Shown: positions 28,338 through 37,238 of the stretch, in pieces
Position numbering within the stretch: the first letter of the stretch is position 1
Layout: each line of letters begins with the position of its first letter
Assembly (NCBI GenBank): GCA_038231455.1
Contig: JBBRLI010000012.1
Coordinates: 36,794-100,793 of the forward strand
DNA length: 64,000 bases
Reading direction: 5' to 3'
Origin: Vulcanimicrobiales bacterium
Lineage (GTDB): Bacteria > Vulcanimicrobiota > Vulcanimicrobiia > Vulcanimicrobiales > Vulcanimicrobiaceae
Made by a program: the position numbers and the translations under genes
The notes under the pieces: model-generated
What the model was told of the DNA's origin: nothing
The model's input: only the letters and a program-made list of their open reading frames with translations
Databases searched by the model: none

Positions 28338-28946
28338 CTAGGTCGGCCGAACCATTTCGAAGAGACTGGTGACCTCGGCATAGTCTCCGCGATAGCCGCA
28401 ACGAGCAACCGGTCGCGCGGCTGCGGTGTCAAATCGGCCGTTGACGAGGAACGTCGGATTGATGTGCACGCCGACGACTTGGCCGAGGACGAGAAACGAA
28501 TCGAGCCCCGCGCCCGCGAGATCGTGCAGCGGGATGATCTGCACGACTTTGCATTCGAATGCGGCGGCGGCTCGCGCGACCCGCGGCGGCTTCACAAGCG
28601 TCGACACCGCCGGTTCAAGGCCGACGAGCGCCATCTCATTGATGTCGCGCGAGACGTTGGCGGAGGTCGCATTCATCAACTCGGCGAGATCGCGCGTGAC
28701 CATGTTGCAAACGAATTCGCCGGTCGCCTCGGCGTTGGAGACGCTGTCTTTGCGGCCTTCGCTACTAAAGCCGACGATCGGTGGGTTCGAATTGAAGCCG
28801 TTGAAAAAACTGTACGGCGCGAGATTGACAAGGCCGTCCCGGTCGACGGTTGAGACCCAACCGATCGGGCGCGGCGCGAGGATTGCTTTGAAGGGATCGT
28901 GCGGGAGTCCGTGCCCGAGGCGCGTCTCGTAAAAATAGGTCTCCAC
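28338..28946 (-). CDS. Flavin reductase-like (flavoredoxin/DIM6-NTAB) protein
   Basis: PRPIGWVST, NLAPYSFFN, KDSVSNAEATGEFVCN, ARCGYRGDY. Confidence 0.9.
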   Translation of the reverse strand: METYFYETRLGHGLPHDPFKAILAPRPIGWVSTVDRDGLVNLAPYSFFNGFNSNPPIVGFSSEGRKDSVSNAEATGEFVCNMVTRDLAELMNATSANVSRDINEMALVGLEPAVSTLVKPPRVARAAAAFECKVVQIIPLHDLAGAGLDSFLVLGQVVGVHINPTFLVNGRFDTAAARPVARCGYRGDYAEVTSLFEMVRPT

Positions 28947-28948
28947 GC

Positions 28949-29431
28949 TTATCCGTCCTCACCGTCATAATACGGGGCTTGCTCGCCGCGAATGACCGCA
29001 CGTCTGGGCGACGCAAGTGAATATTTGTTGCTATCGGGAAAGTGCGCCGACTCACCCAGCGGATTATCTGCAACGACGTAGACGATCAAATCAGCCTCAC
29101 TGTCGTTAATGAGCTGATGCGCTTCACCCGGTTGAAAGAGAAACGCATCGCCCGCGACGATCGCTTCCGAACCGCTATCGTGACGAACGCGACCGCTCCC
29201 GGCGATCACGTGGTAAAATTCCCACTGCATGCTGTGTGAATGAAACGGATACGGCATTTTGCCCGGCGGAACACGTAAAATTTCGACATCGAACGGCTGA
29301 CGTTCGAGCAGATCCGTCGAATCCGGTTTGCGTCCGAGCGCCTCGGAGAGCTGTTTGCCAGCTCCGGCAAATGTGCCGTTTGGTGATGACCAGGTGAGCT
29401 CGTCGAGTGAATCTGAATTGACTTTGCGCAT
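28949..29431 (-). CDS. Cupin domain protein
   Basis: PFHSHSMQWEFYHV and GEAHQLIN cupin motifs; start taken at MRKVN. Confidence 0.85.
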   Translation of the reverse strand: MRKVNSDSLDELTWSSPNGTFAGAGKQLSEALGRKPDSTDLLERQPFDVEILRVPPGKMPYPFHSHSMQWEFYHVIAGSGRVRHDSGSEAIVAGDAFLFQPGEAHQLINDSEADLIVYVVADNPLGESAHFPDSNKYSLASPRRAVIRGEQAPYYDGEDG

Positions 29432-29617
29432 TATTCGTCGCGAGCCGCATCGAACCGAGCGAAAATGCCAACTTGTGCCGTGCTCATGAGGCGCGTTTTG
29501 CACGTCTCATCGCTTGGTTCCCGGCTCGGCGTTCGCTGGCACGTTTGGCAAAGCCAAAGCCGGACTTGAGAGGCCGACCAACACGAACGCAAAAGTGCTC
29601 AACTGGAGGGGTTCATC

Positions 29618-30732
29618 ATGGCTGGAGTTCGTGTTCTCGTTGGGACGCGCAAAGGCGCGTTCGTCCTCACATCCGATGAGCGACGCGCGACCTGGAAGGT
29701 CGACGGGCCGCACTTTGCGGGCTGGGAGATGTTCCATCTCAAAGGCTCGCCCGTCGATCCCAATCGATTGTACGCATCGCAGTCATCGGGATGGTTTGGC
29801 CAACTCATCCAGCGATCCGACGATGGCGGCGCGTCTTGGAATCCGGTCGGCAACGATTTCGCTTACGCGGGCGTGCCGGGGACGCATCAGTGGTACGACG
29901 GGACGCCGCATCCGTGGGCATTTGCGCGCGTGTGGCATCTCGAACCCTCGCTGAGCGATCCCGACACGATTTACGCGGGTGTCGAAGACGCCGCGCTTTT
30001 CCGTTCGACGGACGGCGGTCAGTCGTGGACCGAGCTTGCGGGGTTACGCGAACATAGCACGGGATCGTCGTGGCAACCCGGGGCGGGCGGGATGTGCCTG
30101 CATACAATCGTGCTCGATCCGACCAACCACAACCGCATCTACGTTGCGATCTCCGCTGCCGGTGCCTTTCGCAGCGACGACGCCGGAACAACGTGGAAGC
30201 CCATCAATCGCGGCCTAAAATCCGAGGGCATCCCCGACCCGGACGCCGAGGTCGGCCACTGCGTCCACCGGATAGCTATGCACCCCAAACGACCCGAGGT
30301 GCTTTTCATGCAGAAGCACTGGGACGTGATGCGTAGCGACAACGCCGGCGATTCGTGGATCGAGGTAAGCGGCAATTTACCCACGGATTTTGGTTTTCCG
30401 ATCGACGTCCACGCGCACGAACCCGAAACGGTTTTCGTCGTGCCGATCAAGAGCGACCAGCAACACTTCCCGCTCGACGGCAAACTGCAAGTGTATCGGA
30501 GTAAGACCGGCGGAAACGAGTGGGAGGCGCTCACCAAGGGACTTCCGCAGCGCGACTGTTACGTCAACGTGCTACGCGACGCAATGGCAGTCGACTCGCT
30601 CGATTCGTGCGGCGTGTATTTCGGTACGACGGGCGTTAGGTGTACGTGTCGCCCGATTCCGGTGACACGTGGTCTGCGATCGTGCACGATCTGCCCGCCG
30701 TCCTCTCGGTCGAAGTGCAAACGCTCGCGTGA
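29618..30732 (+). pseudogene. BNR/Asp-box repeat (sialidase-like) beta-propeller protein, frameshifted near the C-terminus
   Basis: [42 protein letters not shown]. After YFGTTG the conserved tail [30 protein letters not shown] continues in another frame (lesion at 30635-30639). Confidence 0.8.
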
Positions 30733-31025
30733 TTCGGGTCGTGCTTCCGGGGCATTTGCGCACGCTCGCTTGCATCAGCGGTGAAGTCTGTCTCGATGTT
30801 GCCGGAGCAATCACGCAGCGCTCCGTTATGGATGCGATCGAAGCAGCTTATCCGATGTTGCGCGGAACGATACGCGATCAGCGAACGCAGCTGCGACGAC
30901 CGTTCGTGCGTTTTTTCGCGTGCCAGCGGGATCTCTCGCACGAGTCACTCGACTCGCCGCTTCCGCAAGCCGTCTGCGTAGGCGAAGAGCCGCTGCTGGT
31001 CGTCGGCGCAATGGCCGGCGGCTAG
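30729..31025 (+). CDS. MoaD/ThiS-family ubiquitin-like protein
   Basis: [14 protein letters not shown]...[10 protein letters not shown]...GAMAGG with C-terminal GG; GTGA overlap with the repaired upstream stop. Confidence 0.85.
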   Translation: MIRVVLPGHLRTLACISGEVCLDVAGAITQRSVMDAIEAAYPMLRGTIRDQRTQLRRPFVRFFACQRDLSHESLDSPLPQAVCVGEEPLLVVGAMAGG

Positions 31026-31132
31026 CGAACGTCGCGTTCGATCGGCTGAGAATTCGATGAGAGCCGCTACGCCTTTTAACCGGATCGCGTTACGATGACA
31101 TTCCGCTATCATTCACCATCGGAGGATCATTG

Positions 31133-31420
31133 ATGAACGTTCGTCTGCTCGCACTCACGGGAGCAATCGCCGGACTCGGCTGCGCGACCGCCGTTTCGGT
31201 CTCACATGCCACGCCTGCCTCAGCCCAGATCATCGCGCAAATTCGACCCGACGGCGCAAGCGAGCGCAACCTGCGCGGCGTGCGTCACCGCCTCGAAGGC
31301 TTGATCGACCAACTGCAACACGACCAGAGCGACTACGGCGGCCATCGCGTAAAAGCGATCGCCGATCTCCAACAAGCACGTGCCGAAATCGTCGCCGCAC
31401 TCGGCGACGACCGCCGCTAA
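31133..31420 (+). CDS. Small secreted helical hypothetical protein
   Basis: GGAGG RBS, signal peptide ending ASA, helical-hairpin-like mature part with DYGGHRVKAI; own terminator. Confidence 0.75.
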   Translation: MNVRLLALTGAIAGLGCATAVSVSHATPASAQIIAQIRPDGASERNLRGVRHRLEGLIDQLQHDQSDYGGHRVKAIADLQQARAEIVAALGDDRR

Positions 31421-31429
31421 GCCACCGAC

Positions 31430-31458
31430 ACGGGAGAGCCAATCGGCTCTCCCGTTTT
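31430..31458 (+). terminator. Rho-independent terminator
   Basis: ACGGGAGAGCC-aatc-GGCTCTCCCGT 11-bp stem plus T run. Confidence 0.8.
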
Positions 31459-31535
31459 CCCGGCAACCAGAGCGGTAGCTGCGATGACGTCATCGAAGGC
31501 GATGCGCGTCCGGTCTTCCGGACAGAAGGCACGCC

Positions 31536-31787
31536 ATGGATTTCCTCGATTCAGTGGACCGCGCGGCCATCGACGGACTCGAGCCGCTCGCCGAATCCGA
31601 CCAGTTCGCAATTTACGCTGTCGGCTCTGACACGTATCTGCTCGTCCAGCGCCACGGTTCGACGCCATGGACGGCTCTGCGACTCTCCGGCGACGGCATG
31701 TTCCGCGTCGGCTCGCTGTTGATGGATGCAATGCGCCATCTCTATCGCGACGTCGCCTCCAATCTCTCCCCGAGCGCTCGCCGGTAA
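31536..31787 (+). CDS. Hypothetical protein (83 aa)
   Basis: Host-like codon usage, normal globular composition, GAAGG upstream, fills the gap. Confidence 0.65.
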   Translation: MDFLDSVDRAAIDGLEPLAESDQFAIYAVGSDTYLLVQRHGSTPWTALRLSGDGMFRVGSLLMDAMRHLYRDVASNLSPSARR

Positions 31788-31927
31788 AGTCTACTCGCGG
31801 CGCCTTTGATCGAAGAGTCCCGGCGGACGCAGTCGTTCTCCGGACGGGTGGCGCCCGCGCGACATTCATCGATCGGTGCGGTACTGCAAAAAAGCCACAC
31901 TGTTGCGTTTTGTCGAACGAATCGCCG

Positions 31928-32473
31928 ATGGCTTCACATATCGAGACCGCGCGCCTGATCTTGCGGCCGTGGGAGGACGCGGATGTCGCGCATTGGATTG
32001 CGATGGGCGCGGATGAACGCGTGATGGAATTTTTTCCGGGGCTCGTGGACCGCACGGAGGCCGAGGCGCAAGTCGCGCACTTTCGCGACCGCCTCGCGCA
32101 GAATGGATTTGGCTGGTGGGCTCTCGAGACGAAAGCCGACGGCCTGTTCGCCGGTACCATCGCTCTGCAAGACGTGCCGATCGATCTGCCATTCGCGCCG
32201 GCGCTTGAAGTCGGCTGGCGCCTCTCAACGGACTATTGGGGTCGCGGATACGCGACGGAAGGCGCACGCGCGGCGCTCGATTTTGCGTTTCGAGAATTAG
32301 GTCGAACCGAGGTCGTCGCAATGACGGCTCGTCGTAACTTGCGTTCGCAAGCCGTGATGCAGCGGCTTGGAATGACCCGATCCGTGTTCGATGATTTCGA
32401 GCATCCACGGATCGCCCCGGGCCATCCAATCCGGGACCACGTGCTCTATCGAATCGCGCGCGGGCAAACGTAG
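31928..32473 (+). CDS. GNAT (RimJ/RimL-like) N-acetyltransferase
   Basis: IETARLILRPW, EVGWRL...WGRGYATEGARAAL, NLRSQAVMQRLGM. Confidence 0.9.
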   Translation: MASHIETARLILRPWEDADVAHWIAMGADERVMEFFPGLVDRTEAEAQVAHFRDRLAQNGFGWWALETKADGLFAGTIALQDVPIDLPFAPALEVGWRLSTDYWGRGYATEGARAALDFAFRELGRTEVVAMTARRNLRSQAVMQRLGMTRSVFDDFEHPRIAPGHPIRDHVLYRIARGQT

Positions 32474-32511
32474 CGACGGGTTCCATAAGGCGCACAGCGA
32501 ACGACGTTGCC

Positions 32512-33006
32512 GTGAATTCTGCGATCGATGAACTCCTTGAAAATGCCGTCGCGCACGAAGCGGATTTCGAGGGACAACGGGCCGTCATTCCGGCAAAACA
32601 CATTACTGTCGTAACATGCATGGACTCGCGTATCGACAACTTCCGCATCTTCGGTTTGCAATCGGGTGAAGCGCATCTTCTGCGGAATGCCGGCGGCCTT
32701 GTGACCGATGATGTCCTGCGCTCGCTCGTCCTCTCGCAGCGGATTCTCCAAACGCGCGAAGTCATCTTGATGCATCATACTGACTGCGGTTTGCACGACG
32801 TCGACGAGCCGGCATTCCGCGCGGAGATCGCGGCGGAAACGGGCGACGAACCGCCCTACCCGTTCGGCTCGTTCAGCGATATCGACGACGCGGTGCGACA
32901 AGCGATTTTACGCGTGCGCGGGCACAAGTATCTTCCGCACCGCGACCATGTGCGCGGATTCATTTACGACGTCGACAACGGACATCTGCGGGAAGTGATC
33001 GTCTAG
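32512..33006 (+). CDS. Beta-class carbonic anhydrase (cab/D type)
   Basis: CMDSR, RNAGG, HHTDCG zinc ligands. Confidence 0.92.
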   Translation: MNSAIDELLENAVAHEADFEGQRAVIPAKHITVVTCMDSRIDNFRIFGLQSGEAHLLRNAGGLVTDDVLRSLVLSQRILQTREVILMHHTDCGLHDVDEPAFRAEIAAETGDEPPYPFGSFSDIDDAVRQAILRVRGHKYLPHRDHVRGFIYDVDNGHLREVIV

Positions 33007-33014
33007 GCGTTCTT

Positions 33015-33824
33015 CTAGACGGTGGACGTCTCGCGCAATGCGTCGGTCGCTGCGAGCTCGAGCGGAACATAATTCTGCGAGACGACGTACTCGGGACGCG
33101 GATTCTCGGGAACGGGGCGCGGTCGATTCGCGCTTGGGTTATACGCGATATAGACGTGCCAGCGGTCATTCGCGCTGAGATTGTGTCCCGAACCATGCAC
33201 CATGTTGCAGTGAAAGAGCACGGCCGTGCCGGGTTTCCCGGTGATAGCAATTGGAGCGGAGCTTTCACGCAAGAACGCTCGCATCGTTTCTTTTTCGATT
33301 GCCCACTGTGGATACGATGTCGTCGTCGTATCTTTGTGAGCGGTTAGAATCCCGCGTTTATGCGAGCCGGGCACGAAATAGAGCGAACCGCCCATCTCGG
33401 TTGCTTCATCGAGCATAACAAGAAACGTCGCCATCGTGCTCTTCGGGATGCCGTCGTGCTGCCAGTAGCCGTAGTCCTGATGCCAAAGCCACACCGTGCC
33501 GTCGATCGCGGTTTTGATGTTGGCTTTGCAGTGGAAGACGTAGAGCTCATCATCGCCCAACACTTGCTGCGCGGGTCGTAGAAAGCGCGGCGTTCGGACG
33601 AGTTGATGAAAGACCGGCGAGGCCGTCGGACCCTCTGGTTCGTGTGACCGGTAAATCGTGCGCGTGGACCCGGTGCGCTCGCGGACAATCGCATCGCTTT
33701 GCGCCGTTCCGACGCGTGCGAGCTCGCTTTTGAGCAGCGCAATTTCGGCGGGATCGAACAGGTTCTCAAAGCGCAGAAAACCATCGCGGTCGAACTGAGC
33801 GAGCTGTTCCTCGGTGAGCGTCAT
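33015..33824 (-). CDS. PhyH-family Fe(II)/2-oxoglutarate dioxygenase
   Basis: FDRDGF, WHQDYGYW (HxD), VPGSH, HCNMVHGSGHN...R. Confidence 0.88.
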   Translation of the reverse strand: MTLTEEQLAQFDRDGFLRFENLFDPAEIALLKSELARVGTAQSDAIVRERTGSTRTIYRSHEPEGPTASPVFHQLVRTPRFLRPAQQVLGDDELYVFHCKANIKTAIDGTVWLWHQDYGYWQHDGIPKSTMATFLVMLDEATEMGGSLYFVPGSHKRGILTAHKDTTTTSYPQWAIEKETMRAFLRESSAPIAITGKPGTAVLFHCNMVHGSGHNLSANDRWHVYIAYNPSANRPRPVPENPRPEYVVSQNYVPLELAATDALRETSTV

Positions 33825-33990
33825 AGGCGGACCCCCGGCGACGAGCGTATCGATCCGGCTTCGCTAACCTCGGCGGCAAAGTCCCGCCCACGGACAAATT
33901 GCAATCGGGCTTACGGCACGACCCGGGCGGAGACGGTAGGCTGAGTGCGGACGTCGTTCGACGCCCGATCCGCTTGAATAAGGACGTACG

Positions 33991-34323
33991 ATGACCAAGA
34001 TTCTAACCGCGGCATGTGCCGTATTGCTCCTCGGCGCACCGACCGTCGCATTCGCCGATGACGCAATGAAGGCCGACCAGATGATGATGAAGCCCGGCGC
34101 AATGATGATCTGCCGCGAAGCAAAGCCAAATGAAAAGGGCACCGCTATGATGATGAGTGGCCATATGAACCTCACGTGCAAATCGATTACCGCGATGATG
34201 CACGATGGAAAAGTGACCGGCCCCGACCTCTCCAAGGCCCTAACGACCGAGCAAGTCAGCGCCGCATGGCAGGCCTGGATCGCCGCTCAGTTCTCGATCC
34301 CCGCAACGCCGGGCGGCGGTTAA
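33991..34323 (+). CDS. Secreted methionine-rich small protein
   Basis: AGGA RBS, signal peptide ending AFA, 13 Met in 110 aa, two Cys. Confidence 0.75.
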   Translation: MTKILTAACAVLLLGAPTVAFADDAMKADQMMMKPGAMMICREAKPNEKGTAMMMSGHMNLTCKSITAMMHDGKVTGPDLSKALTTEQVSAAWQAWIAAQFSIPATPGGG

Positions 34324-34538
34324 GCCTCCCAAGACTATTACCCAGTCGGTTCATTCTGAATACAGTCACGGTGCATACATCAGAGGTGGTGCACCGCGAC
34401 GCATACCGGACCACCGGCGACGCTCCGAAAGGTTCCAAAGTTTACTCGAGCGGAGCCGTCGTCCTCAATTCGGAGCTCGTCCAGACCCTTGCGTCAACTC
34501 TTAGCCGACGGCTGGATCGTCGTTGGCCCGGCGATCGC

Positions 34539-34631
34539 ATGGTGACGCACGACGATCGCTTTGCGAAACGCGCAGCTCGAACGGTTCAACTTCTCGACGG
34601 GCGCATCGTCGGCGAATCGCTGGTTGTCTAG
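34539..34631 (+). pseudogene. 3' remnant of a LolD/MacB-type ABC ATPase gene
   Basis: MVTHDDRFAKRAARTVQLLDGRIV matches the H-switch and C-terminus of this family; no Walker motifs upstream. Confidence 0.6.
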
Positions 34632-36139
34632 GTCGTTTTTGATTTCCGGCGCGGCGGTGCTGGGCGACGACTCCCGTGTTTTTGGTAAACGGCTTCCGCC
34701 TCAACGCGGGAAGTCGTGAGGCGACGGATCGCGTAGAGACGGTCTTTTGCCGCTCGGACGGCGAGCTTATCGTCGACGATCGGCAACGGGTACGCAACGC
34801 CACCGGATAATCCGCAGGCGGCAGCGACGATCGGCGGCATGAGATGCGGTTCGGCGAGAAACGCATCGGGGACGTTTGCAAGTTCCGGTACGTAACGCCG
34901 GATGAACGCCCCGGTTGGATCGTTGTCGCGAGCCTGTTTGGTCGGCGAGTAGATCCGAATCGTGTTGATTCCCGTGACACCGCTCTGCATTTGCATCTGC
35001 GGCCAGTGAATGCCGGGCTCGAAGTCGAGAAATTGCGTAGCTAGATAGGTTCCCACTCGGCGCCAGTCGAGCCATAAGTGATACGCGGCAAACGACACCA
35101 GCATCGCACGCATCCGAAAGTTGATCCAGCCGCCCGCGTGCAACGCGCGCATGCACGCATCGACCATTGGGTATCCGGTCATTCCGTTACGCCACGCAGC
35201 AAACCACGACTCGTTGAAATCGTTCTCGCGCATACCGTCGTATGCACGCGCCTGGTTCACGAATTCGAGCGACGGTTGATCCTCGAGTTTCTGCATGAAA
35301 TGACAGTGCCAGTGGAGCCGTCCACGGAATGAGACGAGCGATCCCATCCAGCGCGCGTCGATCGGCTCGCCGGCGAGCTTGCTTGCGCGCACTTGGGCTT
35401 CGCGCGCATACGTTGCCTGTGCGAGGGTGCGCATCGAAATCGCGCCGTACGCAAGATACGGTGAGAGTCGCGAACAGCCGTCCCACGCGTTGAGAGGACT
35501 GGACATATCTTGCCGATAGTTGACGCCGCGCTCATCGAGAAAACTTGCGAGCTCCAATTCGGCGAGTGAGGCGCCACCGTGTTTTGCCTCATGCTTGGTC
35601 GACTCCGGCAAGCCAAGATCGTGCAGCGTCCGTCGCCTTTCGTGCGCGATCACCGGTGAGGTGATGCGCGACGGCGGTTGGGTGATGGGTTCCGACATCC
35701 GCGAATCCCAACGACGCGCCCAGCCATCACGCGACGCGAGTGGGCGCATGACGCCATACTGCGCGAACTCAACCCACGCAACGCCCCGCTCAGCGCACCA
35801 CGCAGCCACGCGCAGATCCCGGGCGTATGTTACCGCGCTCCCCGTCTCTTCGTGCGAGTAGAGCGATGTGAATTCAAGTTCGTCGTGCAACGCCGACAAG
35901 ACCTCGGGCATGCTCCCGTGCCGATACGTGAGCGTGCCGCCACGCTCTGCAATAGCCGTCTCGAGTTCGGCCAAACACTCATCGATAAAGACGTAGTGCG
36001 ACGGGTCCGTCGTCGGTGCAACGAGCAATTCGGGCTCGTAGACATACAAGCAGAGAACCGCTCCGCGGCAAGCGGCTTCGACAAGCGGACGATGATCGGC
36101 GATGCGAAGATCGCGCTTGAACCAGACGACGGAGGTCAC
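34628..36139 (-). CDS. Cryptochrome/DNA photolyase family protein
   Basis: VVWFKRDLRIADH, SRLSPYLAYG, TGYPMVDACMR, NFRMRAML, DFEPGIH. Confidence 0.93.
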   Translation of the reverse strand: MTSVVWFKRDLRIADHRPLVEAACRGAVLCLYVYEPELLVAPTTDPSHYVFIDECLAELETAIAERGGTLTYRHGSMPEVLSALHDELEFTSLYSHEETGSAVTYARDLRVAAWCAERGVAWVEFAQYGVMRPLASRDGWARRWDSRMSEPITQPPSRITSPVIAHERRRTLHDLGLPESTKHEAKHGGASLAELELASFLDERGVNYRQDMSSPLNAWDGCSRLSPYLAYGAISMRTLAQATYAREAQVRASKLAGEPIDARWMGSLVSFRGRLHWHCHFMQKLEDQPSLEFVNQARAYDGMRENDFNESWFAAWRNGMTGYPMVDACMRALHAGGWINFRMRAMLVSFAAYHLWLDWRRVGTYLATQFLDFEPGIHWPQMQMQSGVTGINTIRIYSPTKQARDNDPTGAFIRRYVPELANVPDAFLAEPHLMPPIVAAACGLSGGVAYPLPIVDDKLAVRAAKDRLYAIRRLTTSRVEAEAVYQKHGSRRPAPPRRKSKTT

Positions 36140-36209
36140 GGTCTATAGACGACGCAAGCTCCCGCTTTTGCAACGTAAGAGCGAACAAACGAACCTCGGC
36201 TGCGGCTTC

Positions 36210-37169
36210 CTATCGCGACGAGGCAAGGTAACGCTGGACTGCGAGCCCGTAAACACGATCGTGATAGACGTTGTTTTCCGACCAAGCCGTATAGGTCGCC
36301 TTGATCACGTGTTCGTCTTCTGATTCGCATGCCTGCGCATTCAGCAGCGACCACGCCGGTACCGCATCGAACTCTTGCTGCCACATTCGTTCCGCTGGCA
36401 GCGGCGGAGCACCGGCACTTACGTAGACCGCAACCACCGCCCGCCAAAAATCTTGCATCAGCTGATCCGAATCGCGAGCGAGCGGTAAGACGATCCGCAA
36501 CGCGTGGGTTGCGGTCATCGCATGCAGCAGACGGAAACTCTGCGTAGCGGCGAACGCGCGAACCATCGCCGCAGCGATCTCGCCAAGGGACGATTCGTCA
36601 AACGACGGGTGACCGCAAGCAAGGTCGAATGCCGTATCGTCGGCGACGTGTTCCATCTGTGCGGAGATGTGTCCGCGATCGCCGATCCGACGCGCGACAT
36701 CGGCGAGCGAGGTTCGGACGGAATCGAGCGCCATGCGCACGTCGAATCGCTTCGCCTCACGCGGTAGCGATGTCGCGCCCAGATCTAAGAACACATCGCG
36801 CCAATACACAAGACCAGCCGCAATCTCGTCATCGTCTTCTTCAACGATCCCGTAAGCAACGCGTATCAATGCATGAAAGGCGCCGGCGCCGATCCCTCGC
36901 CCAAGCGTCGCAAGCTCCGCCGCGAGAACCGACGCTCGCCCGTCCGCCTCAATCCGCGATCGCATTGCCGTGCGCGCCGCCAATTCCGTATCGCTTGCAG
37001 CGAGTGGACGCAGGTGCTTGTGCTCGACGTAGTCGCGGGCATAAACGGCTCGACGCAGCTCACTTGCACCCATGTGCTTGAGCGCCGCGAGGGTCATCGG
37101 CAAGTGATCTGCGAGCGCGTTTCCGTACTGAGCGGAATAGATTCTCTGACTGCGATCTAAGGTCGTCAT
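36210..37169 (-). CDS. Questin oxidase family (DUF4243) protein
   Basis: DHLPMTLAAL, AGAFHALIRVAYG, LLHAMTATHA, DEHVIK. Confidence 0.75.
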   Translation of the reverse strand: MTTLDRSQRIYSAQYGNALADHLPMTLAALKHMGASELRRAVYARDYVEHKHLRPLAASDTELAARTAMRSRIEADGRASVLAAELATLGRGIGAGAFHALIRVAYGIVEEDDDEIAAGLVYWRDVFLDLGATSLPREAKRFDVRMALDSVRTSLADVARRIGDRGHISAQMEHVADDTAFDLACGHPSFDESSLGEIAAAMVRAFAATQSFRLLHAMTATHALRIVLPLARDSDQLMQDFWRAVVAVYVSAGAPPLPAERMWQQEFDAVPAWSLLNAQACESEDEHVIKATYTAWSENNVYHDRVYGLAVQRYLASSR

Positions 37170-37238
37170 CGGAGCACCCCTTCGTTCTACTGCTTAGAAC
37201 CGGGGGGGATCGCGCCAGGGTTCCAGGCGCTGCACTTC

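Noticed and set aside
33015-33824. Ectoine hydroxylase ectD
   Set aside because: Lacks the EctD signature WHSDFETWH (has WHQDYGYW) and ectABC are absent.
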